A DNA stretch of 64,000 nucleotides, from assembly GCA_002269645.1 (NCBI GenBank), contig NIVC01000181.1, positions 124,001 through 188,000 on the forward strand, given 5' to 3'. Shown in pieces: positions 1 through 14,398 of this stretch. A model generated the notes under the pieces. The model had not been told where the DNA came from, searched no databases, and was given only the letters and a program-made list of their open reading frames with translations. The DNA comes from Macrostomum lignano (lineage: Eukaryota). Numbering within the stretch: the first letter of the stretch is position 1; each line of letters begins with the position of its first letter. Both the position numbers and the translations under genes were made by a program.

Positions 1-2274
<2,274 letters not shown>

Positions 2275-2856
2275 GGAACAAACTCAGTTTGATCAAAAGC
2301 CATATAATTATCGATTTTTCTGCGAAACTGTCAGCACTAAACCTCAGCGCGATTGCTTATATTTGTTTAACAAGCAAAATTCCTAGCTGCTAATTTGATG
2401 TTGCATTTGAATTCTTTCTACCGGTATACAAAAATAGGCATTTTTTCAAGATTTTCTTCTTTGTTGTTTCTCATTTTCCGATTCAAACTGCACTCGAAAC
2501 AGAATTATGGCTCTATAGGATTTTTTCCCTAATCTACATGTATTTTGTTTTTCCTTTCGAATCAAACTCGCATTATCTGTTTTGTCTCGACACTCGAATA
2601 TCCCTGTGTACGCGTGACAGCTTATTTGTACGTATCGCATCAGTCATCGCTTTTCACAATTGTGCTTTGTGCTAATCTGTTCCAACTCAAAATCATATTT
2701 AGTCTATCATTATTTTTTGTCTCGTTTACTATTGTTTGCGATTCGCTTTGTAGATTGATTTGTTTTGCGTGGAAATTAGAAATAAAAAAACAGATCGCTG
2801 GATCTAATAAAAAAATAAAAAATATTGGTATTATTTTTTCATACTACTAACTAGGC

Positions 2857-3219
2857 CAGGGGTTGTTTGCAAACTGCGGCCCGCGAAGCCTCTCTATCCG
2901 GCCCTCAGGTCCTATGAAACTAATAGCAATCCGGCCTGCTCAAGGTCTTCGTCTTCTCATCTCTTCTCTCTTTTCCCTCCTTTCCTCTGTCCTCTCATCT
3001 CTACTCCTTTCCTCTCCTCTCATCCTTTCCTCTCCTCTCTCCTCCTTTCCTATCTTCTCTCATCCTTTTCTCTCCCCTCCTCTCCTCTCTCCTCCTTTCC
3101 TCTCTCCTTCTTTCCTCTCATCTCATATCTCTTCTCCTCTCCTCTCATTTCTCTTTTTTTCTCTCACCTCTTCTTTCATCTCTTTCATCTCCCAGGCAAA
3201 AAAGGTTTGCCGATACCTA
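2857..3219. mobile_element. hAT/Charlie-like MITE with internal CT-rich simple sequence
   Basis: 5' end CAGGGGTTGTTTGCAAACTGCGGCCCGCG...ATCCGGCCC resembles Charlie-family termini. Imperfect 3' TIR GTTTGCCGATACCTA. 8-bp flanks AACTAGGC / AAGTAGAC (6/8 match, central TAG). Confidence 0.55.
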
Positions 3220-3803
3220 AAGTAGACTGTTGAAAGTTTTTTAAATTTTAAGAACACAAAGGCACAAAAACTGGATTTCATAGAAATTCGCCATTGGTTT
3301 GCCTGCCAATGAATGAACAGAGTAGTTACGAGTATATAATTAATTATACTACTAATAAATATGAGTTTAACAAATGCTCGGCTCGGTGAATGAAGCTGGC
3401 ATTGTACTGTGACACCGGAACTAGCATCATTAATCAAGTTATTAAAGTTCAAATACGAGTAGATACACTATTTTATTTGCCTAGTTAATTACAATAGAGA
3501 AAATTCAATTATTAAACTGATCGCTAAAGCAATAGCAGAAGCTGCCTACTCATAGTAGTTATAGATAGATATGGGAAATAAACAGCAGGTTCGATTACAA
3601 CAGATGCCATGCAACAAAGCATTCTGACTGCAAAGTACATCATGTACCCGTAATTCTTTGCACAATGCACAACAAATCCTTAATCGCGTATTCAAGCAGA
3701 TTGATGGCTACCAATTATTAACAACTATCCCAAGTAAATAGCAATGCACTACAAATATAGATGGCTGACAAGTAGTCAATCACCGGTCAATTATTATTAT
3801 AGT

Positions 3804-5070
3804 TCAAGAGCTCGACCGGCGTCGCCGTCTAATTGGCGCCGGGGAAGGCGACCGATGCGCTGGCCGGCGGGACCGCGGCACGGGGGAGCGATCGCGATCC
3901 CGTCTGCGCCGGTCCGATGGGGATCGAGATCGGGCCACGGCCGCAGGGTTTACTGAGCGCAAGTGGGCGCGAACCTAAAAAAGTAAATTAATAAAACTAA
4001 TTAGATGGCGAGGTGTTGCATATATATTTAAACAGTATAGCTACTCTCGCCGTCTACCTGCTAAATTCTCCAAATCACTAGCTAATTAGATGACGAGGCA
4101 TTCTGATCTTTTATTAAAGGTTAGTTACTCCCACTGATTACCTAGTGTAAACGGTACTAATCCTATTCATATTCTAAAAATGAGTTGCTTGTATGTAGCT
4201 GCCCTAATGCCCAGATGTGCAACCAACAGCCCAGCCGCAGCTATTGCGCGGAGCATCTGAAGCTACGTACGGCTGTTCAGCCCAAGGGGTCGCCACCAAT
4301 TACACCAGCTAATGCTGGTACCCATTTCACAGCTAATGTGTCTTGATCAAGGACGCAAATTGTTTCAAGCGAGTCGAGAATCGAACACCCGACCTTTCAG
4401 CCGTGAGTCATCAATAAAAGTACCTCTTGCCCGTCAATTTGACCGCCGTCCAACCGTTTGACAGCCTCGGCAGCTTCAGCGGCGGTGGCGAATTCAATCA
4501 GTGCGAAGCCTTTGCAGCATTCCGGGTGCAGATTCTCAGTCGGCAGATCAACAGACTTCACGCTGCCAAATGTGCCGAAAATTTCTTCGACATGAGCGCG
4601 CGACACGTTCCGGCTGAGCTGCGACACCCGGACGCGGGCGGGCGGCGGCGGCGCTGGGTCGCCGGTTTTGCCATTGTCGCCGGCTGTTTCGCCCCCGGAC
4701 TGTCGGCGCTTCCTCGACGGCTGCTGCTGCTGCTCTTTCTTGCCGGCAGCGGCAGGCGCCGAAGTGCCGCCGTGTCGCTTCCGACGCTTTCGCTAGACGG
4801 CGAGGCCGACGAGCCGCCGGCAGAAGAAGACGACGAAGCCGAAGAAGATCTAGAAGAAGAAGACGAAGACGAAGAAGAGGATGAGGTGGAAGAAGACGAG
4901 GCGGAGGAGTCCGAGCTGGAGCCTGACGATGACGAGCCGCTGTCGCTGTCGTCCGAGGCCGACGAATCGCCGCTGGCCGCTCGCTTCTTCTTCTTTGACT
5001 GCTCAGCTGGCGGCGGCTGCGGCTTCTTTGTCTTCTTCTTTTGGTCTATGGCGGCGCTGGTGTCTGGCAT
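3804..5070 (-). CDS. RNPS1: RNPS1-like RNA-binding protein (Ser-rich + RRM + RS/RP tail); exons 5070-4424 and 3974-3804; one apparent 1-nt frameshift at ~4792
   Basis: MPDTSAAIDQKKK... poly-Ser, then RRM RVRVSQLSRNVSRAHVEEIF...KGFALIEF...AVKRLDGGQIDGQE. GT at 4423-4422 and AG at 3976-3975 join to VRAHLRS...RSRSPSDRRRR...RRRRRSSS*. The Ser-rich and RRM frames differ by one base at SPSS|RKRRKRH. Confidence 0.9.
4170..4405 (-). mobile_element. tRNA-derived SINE-like element in the RNPS1 intron
   Basis: Minus strand has a B-box-like GTGTTCGATTCTC followed by GTCCTTGATCAAGACAC...GAAATGGGTACCAGC, resembling conserved central domains of invertebrate SINEs (recognised from memory). Boundaries approximate. 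Confidence 0.45.
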
Positions 5071-5189
5071 TGCTTCTGGGTCGTTCTGGCAAAACACTGA
5101 AATTGTTTTGGAATGGATTTTGATGAGCATTAGACTCGTGCTATTTACTGGACTTCTAACAAGCGTGAATAGATGACGAGACCAGATAA

Positions 5190-5420
5190 AACTTTTCGGG
5201 ATTGAGAAGGATCGGGACTCCAGGATTTTGGGATCGGGACCCCAGGATTTTGGGATCGGGATCACAGGATTTTTGGATTGGGATCACTGGATTTGGGATT
5301 GGGATCACATGATTTTGAGATTGGGACCCTAGGAATTTAGGATTGGGACACTAGGATTTTATGATTGGGATACTAGGATTTTGGGATTGGGATAACAGGA
5401 TTTTGGGAGATCAAGATCAT
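5190..5420. repeat. Degenerate ~21-22-bp tandem repeat (GGATTTTGGGATCGGGA core)
   Basis: About 10 copies immediately upstream of the RNPS1 start. Confidence 0.75.
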
Positions 5421-5479
5421 AGGATTTTAAGAATAGAATCAAAATTTTTAGGATCAGCATTAGGCCTTAGGGGTCCAAA

Positions 5480-5877
5480 CTGGGTTTTTTTGTCCAAAAT
5501 CCAGTTGCTAAATGGCAATGGCAACTGGAGCTCAAAATCTAGTTGCCAATTGCCATCCTCAGTTGCCAACTGTCCCAGTGCCTGTGCATAGCAAAAATCA
5601 TATGCGAATCACAATACGACAAAACAACTTTATAAAATTGTTTTTGCAACAATTTTCATGCATTGACGAAAAAATAATATGCTCAAATCAGCTCCGGCTT
5701 CAGGTTTTCAGCCAAGCCAAACTTAGCAGTAATAAAATGTAACAGACTGTTTTATCATTGGCAACTGCCTTGGTTCAAGTTGGTTGCCAGATTGGCCTCT
5801 GATGCCACAAATCCAGTTGCCAATGGTTTTTTTGGGTAGCTGGTGGCTACCGTACCATATGGCCTAATAAAACCCAG
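5480..5877. mobile_element. MITE with 9-bp TIRs and 8-bp TSD (hAT-like)
   Basis: CTGGGTTTT (5480-5488) ... AAAACCCAG (5869-5877), flanked by perfect GGTCCAAA at 5472-5479 and 5878-5885. Internal repeats of CAGTTGCCAA. Confidence 0.7.
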
Positions 5878-8372
5878 GGTCCAAATAGAAAAAATCTATA
5901 TTATATAATACATGCCAAAAAATCTTAGTAGGCTCCCTATTATTTTTAAGTGTAGAAAAAACCTATAATAATACCATAGTCGGGAAGGTGGCACAGTGTG
6001 CGCCGGAACTATTTTGATGGCTTTTGAGCACTGTGCGCCGTGCGCCATGAAGAAAAGATTTTGTGCGCCACAGCGCGCCATGATAAGGTAAGTTTAAGGT
6101 AAGGTAAGGTAAGGTATTTATTCTACCATAAGGAATTTACGGTAGACAAATTTGAATTTCATTTATGTATTTTATATCATGATTTACATAACTTACATAA
6201 TTTACATAATTTTATTTTACAAATTATGGAATTAGGCCTGACACACATATATTTTGCAAAGTATAACGAAGTGTAAGTTGTGTAATTATATATTTTTTTC
6301 AGCGCCATGCGCCATGTGCGCCGCCAAAGCATTTCCAATTTTTCCTTGTACGCCGTGTGTGCCAAAAAAGGGCCAATTTGCGCCGGAAAATTCACCAAAA
6401 ACTGCCACCTTCCCAGCTATGGTAATGATATTAGAACAAAGTTTAATCTTAATAATGGCCTACTAGCCACAAAAAAGAATAGATATTAGATACTATTTTT
6501 TAATACTTAAATTATTGCAATATTGACACTGACTATTATATAAAGGAGAAGGACTAGCCTACATCTGATTTTATAAAATATTTTTTCATTTTTTCATTAG
6601 GCCTAATTGTTATTAATGACATATTAATGAGAACATGATCATTGACATTGATATTGACCAATGCAATATCACTTAACTTTCAATGAATTTTAATAGATGT
6701 TTACTAACATTCAGAATTAATTAAGTTAATTAAAATTAACAATGCCAATGAATATAGAGCCAATATTGATAAAGATAGGTCATAGTAGTTATTTGAAATT
6801 CAGATGCCTTCTATTCTTTTATTATGTATAGGCCTACCAAAAATTAAAAAAAAATTATAGGCCTAGAATAAATTGGTTTAGCTTTGTTTTCTCAGTATTT
6901 ACAATTAAAGAAAGTCAAAATTGTGGGGATCAAAATTAATTTTGTTAGCTTATATACAAACTGTTGACTTTCACACTGGACCCTACCCAAGACTGAACTG
7001 GAGCCGAGGGAAAGGCAAGGCTAGGCTAGGCCGAGCCTAAAAATGTTGCTCAGTCATCCTAGATTACTGAGTCACTCTTTAGAACTCTGGATTAAGGATT
7101 GAAGAGATGCGATACACATGCAGTTACCGAATATTTGTAAGAACACTTCATACATGTACATGTAGTTGCAAATGAGGATACTGTAATTCAGAGTGAGGTG
7201 GAATGGATGCCACCGAATTCGTCAACATCTAACAGTCCAATAGGGAATAATCGCGTAATAAAGTGTCGAAAAATGAAGCATCATATTTTTGTGATTTTTG
7301 TTGATTTTTAAACTTTTTATATTCATAACCATTTCCAGGAGGATAATGCGTAATCTACTAACAAATGATCCGAAAGCGACGCTATACCAATCAATTAACC
7401 GCATCTAGGAAATTTTTTGTTTCGAATTGTTTCAAACAAAATTTACCATTTGTTATATTTATATTCGTAAGAGCTTGATATTTTATAGAAATGTGCCTTT
7501 AAGAACCAAAAAAGTTTATAACTAATTCAAATTTTGGCTTGTAATTGTTGTTGCATTTTAGTCAGTTTAGTACTAGTTTAAAGCCTTGTTTCAAGTCCGG
7601 CTCAGAAATTAATTGTATTGAGTGATCTCGCACTTGGTTGACTAATGCTTGTGCACCTCTGGTGCGTATTTTGGCCTAGTTACTATGACATTCTATGGGT
7701 CTTTTGGACACCTATCTGTTTTTAACTGTAGCTAGCCACTGGCTGGCAATTAAATAGCCTAAAATAGTATTAGTACCCAAGCCAAAATTGAATGATGCTT
7801 GCCTTTTTTGGTCTTTTTTCAATTATTTTTATGCTTTGTATAGCCGTACTCAATGAAAAATGTAATGTCGATGCAAATAGGTAAATATAATAAATATTTA
7901 TAGATATTATGGTTTTAGGGCTTAGGCTCTTTCTTAGGCTTATAGTTAAAATTGTCAATTTTAATTCAACTATTTTACTTAGCTTACACTATAATAAATG
8001 TAAGACAACTTAAGTTAAAAATCTAACATTTTTATCTCTTTAAGATTTTTCTTATCCTTAATAGAAAATAGGCCTAGTTAATAAATACAAGATATTATTG
8101 AGTATCAGACTAAAATAGGCCTAGCCTAGCTAAGAATCTAGGCCTAAAATTGTATAGATTAAAATCAATAGGCCTAAAGAGTCTAAGACAAGTCAGCAAT
8201 CTTCTAACTTACTGTGTTAAATTATTTTCACATGAAAAATAGGCCTTGTTTTTAGTAAAATACAAAGTCATTAATCATTAGAGTCAATAATAGTGCTTAA
8301 CCCAATACAAAAAGTTCTCTAACACCTTTGGCAAAGAAAAAAGGTGGCACCACAAGTACTCATTGAGGTGAG

Positions 8373-10581
8373 TGATGTAACCACGCTCTGGTCGCGGGAT
8401 AGGGCATGGGAACTTTTTCGAAAGTGCCTCCTATCCCGTGCACCCTCTGCACAGAGCTGTCGAGACTCGGCCAGGTCTCCGACCGGGCCTGGAGACTCCC
8501 GCTCTGCTGCACCCCTCCTGCTGCCTTGGTCCCGTCTCTCCTGCCGCCACACCTGCCTTTCCGGAGCCCCCTACCCCTTTCTGTACCTCCCCCTCTACCC
8601 TATCTCTTCTGTTTCCGCCCTATTCTTCCTGTACTTTCCCTTTCCCCCCTCTTTTTATCTCTCTCTGCACTTTTTTTTCCTGCGCTGTCCCCTCCTTCTC
8701 TGTGTCTACTTACAGTATTTTGTGTGCTCACCGTCTCCCCATCCCCTCCCAAACTCCCAAACGGTGACGCAAGTCGTGTGACCCCTTCTTCCCCCCCCGA
8801 TGACTCATCGATGACTCATCCCCCTCTCTTGCGCAACCTTTTCTCATGCTATTGTTCTCCTCCCAAATTTCTCATGCGACACCCACCCCACCTCCGCTTC
8901 TATTGTTCTCGTTTTTGATTCTTTTGTTCTCTCGACCCCCACCAATTATCACATTTTCTCCGATTTTCTCTTTCTTTTGTTCTCGTTTTCGCACCTAATT
9001 ATCACCTTTTCTCCAATGTTTACTTTTCCATTGTTCTCAGTTTTCCCCAATTATCCCCGATTTCCAATTCCTTTGTTCTCGACCCCAGCCCTATTGTTCT
9101 CAATGTTTGCTTGCGCAACACTTTCGCGACCTCCCGCTGCGCCAATTATCCCCCCACCCCACCTCCGGATTGCGCAATTTCCCTATTTCTCATGTTGCTA
9201 TGCCGGTCTCATGCTTCTCATCATGACTCATTCTGACGTCATTCTGCCGGCAGCCAATCAGAGAGAGGGAGCCATGGTAACGACCTTGAGGAGGCGGCTG
9301 TGAGGTCTATAAAAGGAAGCGATTTCGGCATGAGAATCCTCAACTTTTTCCTCTCCTCGTCCTTCTTTGGACTTGCCGTCAGATTGAGTTCTGACCCATT
9401 CGTCTATAAGACGAGTCCCTGCCGGTCCGCGGTCTGTTACCGCCAAGTTATCCTTAGCTCCCCAAGTGAGCTCGCCTATCGGCCAGCGGTCTGACACCGC
9501 CCAGCATCATCAGCATCGCCTGATCCACATCAGCGCCTCGTCGCTCCAGCGCATCGCCGCTTCACCGTCTGCCTGATTGCAGCCTACAGCCGCCACCGGT
9601 CACTCCGCCTCTCTCTCTCTCTGTGCAGCTGCCGGTAAGTTCCTGTTACTAATTTGTGCTCTAATTGCCTTTGCTTATCCGGGGTTTGCCTATTTTCCAT
9701 TGTCTGATTAGAGAGCTGAGCCAATTGTGATACCGTATCTTTTGCTGTATTTTACTCAATAGTGAAGCCGCCTAATTGCCTGATTATTCGCCTAAGGGCC
9801 TAATTATTAACTATTAACTAACTTCATCATTATTCAATCTTTCACCATCATTTCACTCATGGCTTGCTAAGCCTTTCTCCCGGGGTGGCAAAGCATAAGG
9901 AAGTTTGGGTAAGCTAATGGCCTCTCCCTGTGCAAAGCCCGCCTGTGAGTGCGTGCTGCGGGGCCGCGTGTGCGTGCAGTAGAGGGATTAGCGAGTCTTG
10001 GCACAGAATGGCAGTAGGAAGGTTGCAACCCCATGCTAACGCGTCCCTTCGCCCTGAGCAATCTAAACTGTAGACAGTACATGTTCGCCTCATACTACTC
10101 TTAGTAATCAAAGTCGCAAGTCAGCCTCGCTCACAGCCACAAAGGATCCCCTGCTGAGAAATCCTCCAGGATTGAGCCCAGAGTTCCCGATCATGCCCCA
10201 AGCAGAGTCCCTGTACTCGGCTGCATGCGTCTCCCCTGTTAGCCTAAATCCCCTGGTAACCAATCCAGGCGGGGCTCTAGCCTCGAGAGGTCTGGTAGAA
10301 AGATCCAGGTGCGCCAGGTCACATAGAGTGGTGGCAGCCACTCGGTCATACTATGACCGAGTGACCAACTATTGCACCTTGGCTACAGGTGGGGTCCATG
10401 TGGGTCCTTGGCCCTCTGGTCACGAAGCGCTACCAAAGCTACTAATCATGTGGGCGGGACAGTCTGGTGCTGGAGGTCCGTCAGGTCATTGCCCGGTCAT
10501 AGGCAGCCTACGGTCATTGCCCCCTCTAGTCATGCGTTCGTCTCTCTACGGAGCGGACAGGCGACAAGGGCGGTTACATCA
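8373..10581 (+). repeat. 5' LTR (2209 bp)
   Basis: TG...CA termini with 10-bp perfect inverted repeat. Matches 17420-19623 except 5 homopolymer-length bases and 2 substitutions that I noticed (9996, 10007). Confidence 0.95.
8801..9314 (+). promoter_or_regulatory. LTR U3 enhancer/promoter: AP-1 x3, C/EBP x3, CRE, CCAAT, TATA
   Basis: TGACTCA at 8801, 8812, 9224; TTGCGCAA at 8829, 9111, 9170; TGACGTCA at 9234; CCAAT at 9254; TATAAAA at 9308-9314. Confidence 0.7.
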
Positions 10582-10584
10582 AAA

Positions 10585-10602
10585 TGGTGGCAGCGGTGGG
10601 AT
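10585..10602 (+). other. Primer-binding site complementary to tRNA-Leu 3' end
   Basis: TGGTGGCAGCGGTGGGAT, 3 nt after the 5' LTR; complementary to the ...ATCCCACCGCTGCCACCA 3' end of eukaryotic tRNA-Leu (from memory). Confidence 0.85.
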
Positions 10603-12953
10603 CTGGTGCAAACAGCGCTGAGTTTCGGACTGGTGGTTTAGATGTGACAAGCGCACCTGTGGCATCCCTCAGAATGGTGGCCGAAGCGCAAAGAGTGCCA
10701 TGTCTAAATCTACCAATCGTAAAAATCGCCAATCGTCATTCTCTTCTCCCATGGCGTGAGGCAACAAAATCCAAAAATATTAATGTAACTTTTCAAATTT
10801 TTCGGGCTGCGAATTCGTTCAATTCATTCGAAATTTCCAAATTCATTCATTCGCCAAAAGCCCCTGATTCAATTTAAAATTAATTTAGCCGATCAGTTTC
10901 AGCGCTAGAAAGTGTGAAGTGGTAGACGAGCGGATTTGATTACAATCAGAATAGCTACCTGGTAACGGAGTGTGTAAAGAACTGCGAAAGTGAATTTTCC
11001 GGACTCACTTTCTATTTCATGGTAATATGCTTTATTTCCCCTCCCTTTCTTTCTCTCGCCTAGCCTACAGCAGAACTGTGTGAGTGTTGAGGTGGACAGC
11101 CAGCCAGGTACGGAAGCCTCATCACGCAAGCACAGGGAAGCTGGAAGCGAAGCATTTCTTTCCTTTGTCCTACCTCTTTCTTTTACTCGGGGGAGTGTAA
11201 CAGTCGCTCTCCCTGATCGCTCAGTTAATCCTAGAAATGCGTAGAGACCGGAGCGTGTTTTGTTTGTCCATTAGAATGAACAGCTATCAAGGGCTATGGG
11301 GAACTCGCTATATATGCATAGTAAGGGAAGCAGTAGTCATGGCCTTGGAAACATTGGGGGATACCAAAGTCTCGCAGGAATGGGAATAGCGGTGTGATTG
11401 TATCTCTGTAGGGTATCAGTGTGACTCAAAAATCTCGGGCTAAAAAAAGTGTCACCTCCTATGGAATACCTGCGATCAGCCCGGACCTGAATTCTGCGGT
11501 AACCCCTGGTGCCTTCATGGCTGGGATTCGATCCCAACGTGTCTGCTGACTCTCCCCACTGTATTGCAGACCCGGTAGTAACTGCTTTGGTTGCATTTGG
11601 GCTGGTGCAGTGGCTGGAAATAGTAGATCCCATAGTATCCTATTGATAGTGGAGTTCAGTGAGTATTGGAATGGTGTACTGGAAGTCTGGTGGCCCCCAG
11701 TGATCTCGTAATGTTTCCTGCTGCATTCTCCTCCTTTAGTAATTCCTCCCCCCTGCTGTCAGTCTGATAGGGGAGGTGGGTGTGCCAATCAGCCCGACCC
11801 GGTAGAACGGCGCTCCTGCCCGACTTGTCAGCCTGGCCCAGGAAGGCGCTATTGCGCAACTCTTTTCCCCTCTGGCCACTGCAGCCCACTAAGCGCTTAG
11901 ACGCAGGGTTGCATGCAGTCCCCTAATGTAAAGCCCCGGTACATAGAGTGCCACCCCAGTGCCCCGCAAGGTCAATAAGACGGGTTGACGTCTCTGGCAA
12001 CTTGGAATAACCTAGATGGAGGTACCGCTGTCTCCTGGTAGAACCGGGCGTTCAAGTACAGTAAAGTGGAGAGGCTGACAACTGTAGGACTTTCTCCGCC
12101 ATCAGATAAAGGTCCCAAGTATGCTATTTCGAGCTGCAGCAAAGGTGGAGTATCGGAGGGGCAAGCATTTCAGGAAGATACTCACTTAGGTCTGTTTATC
12201 CTAGGAAAGCGGGCGAGAGTTTCAGGCTTGTAATCCGCCTAACCTGAAAACTTCGGGGACAGTTTAGTCTGGACTCCCGCTGCGCGCCTTCGCTCTGAAC
12301 AGAAGGGGAGGTCTTGGTTTTTGTGGATTCTGCTAGACGTAGGGGAGCTGGATTCCCGCCTTTTGTGAAGCTGCGTGTACAAGATTGGTAGTCCTGAGGT
12401 GGAAGCCCCACTGGACTCCGACGGTTTTCCGGCTGTGCAAGGGCAGTAAAGTGGGAGGACCTCCATGGGGATTGCTCCCGCCACTTGGGTTTTTGGGTCC
12501 AGGCGCCAACGCTTCTTCGTAGTAGCTTTCTTAAGGAAATGGGGTCCGGCGCGCAACCCTAGGGGAGAATTTGTACAGGTGCCGTAAGTCCGTTTACGGT
12601 CGGCATTTGGGTTCCCTAGCATGGCCGCAAAATGAAGGTCAAGTCTCTCTGAATAGCCAATTTTTCCCTGTCAGGATGTGCCATAGACAACTGGTAGTGG
12701 TAGCCGCAGTTTGAGTCAGTGTGCTTTGCCGAGTGAAGCCGTTAGGACTGCCTAAATGGAATTATGTGGAGCCACCCGTTTTTCAATTTGTTTTCTTCGA
12801 CGCCGCAAGTATGTGGGTTTTGTCTGTGTTTGTGTGTGTGTGAGTGTGTTTGTGTGTTTCGGATCAACTTTTCGGTCTTTACCTGTAGTTGCCCCGGTTT
12901 TCTTTTCTTTTCCTTCCCGGTGGTGGGTACTCCCCCAGCTATCCGGCATTCAC

Positions 12954-14398
12954 ATGTCACGGGCGCGTGGAGATAGGGTCGTAGAAGCTGTGTGCGCAGA
13001 CGCCCCTGGTCAACCACCCTCGGCCGCTGACACCCCAGCAGTTGCCGCCCCCGCAGCCGCAATGGCCGCAGCCGCTGGTAACCAGGTCCCTCAGCCTCCA
13101 GAAGCAGTAGTAGTTGAGGAACCAGATGAAGGAGTAGCAGCTCCCGCTCCCAATCAGGGTGGCGCAGCAGCCGCCGCTGCTCCCCCGGACGCAGCCCAGA
13201 ATCCTCCTCAGGCAGTCCCGCAGCTAGGAGACTTAGTTGCCGCTATAGCCAATGCGTTTAACCAGCTAAACATGGGCCAAGACGCCCAGAGGCCGAAAAT
13301 CTACGTAGAAAAGTTCTCTCCCGGCGAACACTGTTTTGTGCAATGGGTAGAGAGAATGATCTACAAGCTGGACGCGGAGAGAACTGTAGGAGATCAGGCT
13401 AGGAAGCAGGTGCTCATCTCGCACCTCCCAGGTGAATTTCAGAACTTAGCCTTAGGATTGGACGGGCAATTGCCCTTTGAGCAGTTCGTATCTAGATTAG
13501 GAGAGCAGTTGGGCGAGGCCAACACTGATCTGGCTAAGAGAAATAAGCTGAAGAATCTGAGCCAGAAACCCGGCCAATCACATAGTGCTTTTGCTGCTAT
13601 GATAAGATCTCAGATAACGGCCATGTTTCCTCAGATTCAGGGTGAGCAGAGAGAACAAGAAATCGTGTACACCTACTTGGAACACGCTAAGCTCCCCCGC
13701 CAGGTCAGACAAGATCTGTTGAGCCGTCGCTGGCAGACAATTGAGCAGGTGTTAGAACAGCAGCAAGCCCTGTTAGAAGCCGCAGACTTAGCCGGGAAAT
13801 GGGACAGTAGTGGCCCGCCCAGGTCTGAGTCCCGCACCGAAGTCCGTCTGCAACCTCAGCAGCCACCCAGGCCCCCTCGCAAGTGGGTCAGGATGGTGAA
13901 CCAGGAAGCTGACGAGACGGAGGAGGACGGTGACGGCCTATCAGAGATGCAAGAGAGGTTGGGCGCGCTAGAGCAAACGCAAAAAGATCTGCGCAACCAG
14001 CTGGTGCAGCTCAATGAAACTATGAAGGCGACAGCAGAGTCTGTTGCCCAGCTGCCCCAGCAGATGAGGCCCCCTCGCCCCGCCACTCCCAACAGGAACT
14101 GGAGGCAGGGGCAGGGCGGCTCTAATAGCAGTAGGAACTGGCGCCAACCCCAGCCCCCGCCGCTTGCAATTCAGGAGGCGCCCACGCCGCCGGCGCCGGG
14201 TGTGCAGCAGCAGCAATTGCAGCTTCGTGCGCCACTGATCGCCATAGGCAAGATTTAGAGGAGTGGGGCAGAGATATGTTAGACGAGGCTACCAGGGAGA
14301 GGCAGGAGAGGCTCGCCCAGCTGCGCGCGCAAGCTCTGATGCCTCCTCCTTCCACGCCTGAAGAGCCCCCGGGTTCGGGAAACCCGTGGGAGGGCTGA
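12954..14398 (+). CDS. gag: Retroelement Gag (capsid-like core, no CCHC knuckle); apparent 1-nt deletion at ~14232 splits off the C-terminus
   Basis: Likely ATG at 12954 after a polypyrimidine/CAG acceptor. KIYVEKFSPGEHCFVQWVERM and LPRQVRQDLLSRRWQTIEQVLEQ resemble CA-like segments. The ORF stops at 14258, but the -1 frame continues (P)TDRHRQDLEEWGRDMLDEATRERQERLAQLRAQ...SGNPWEG* to 14398. Confidence 0.8.

Noticed and set aside
4427-5176. 249-aa plus-strand acidic ORF
   Set aside because: Antisense shadow of the RNPS1 poly-Ser/RRM exon.
10172-10621. 149-aa plus-strand ORF in LTR U5 (duplicated at 19214-19648)
   Set aside because: No recognisable motif, starts at a non-ATG codon and runs off the LTR end differently in the two copies.
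12756-12953. N-terminal 66 aa of the 500-aa gag ORF
   Set aside because: Encodes a (GT)n and polypyrimidine tract typical of an intron 3' end; the ATG at 12954 is the more plausible start.
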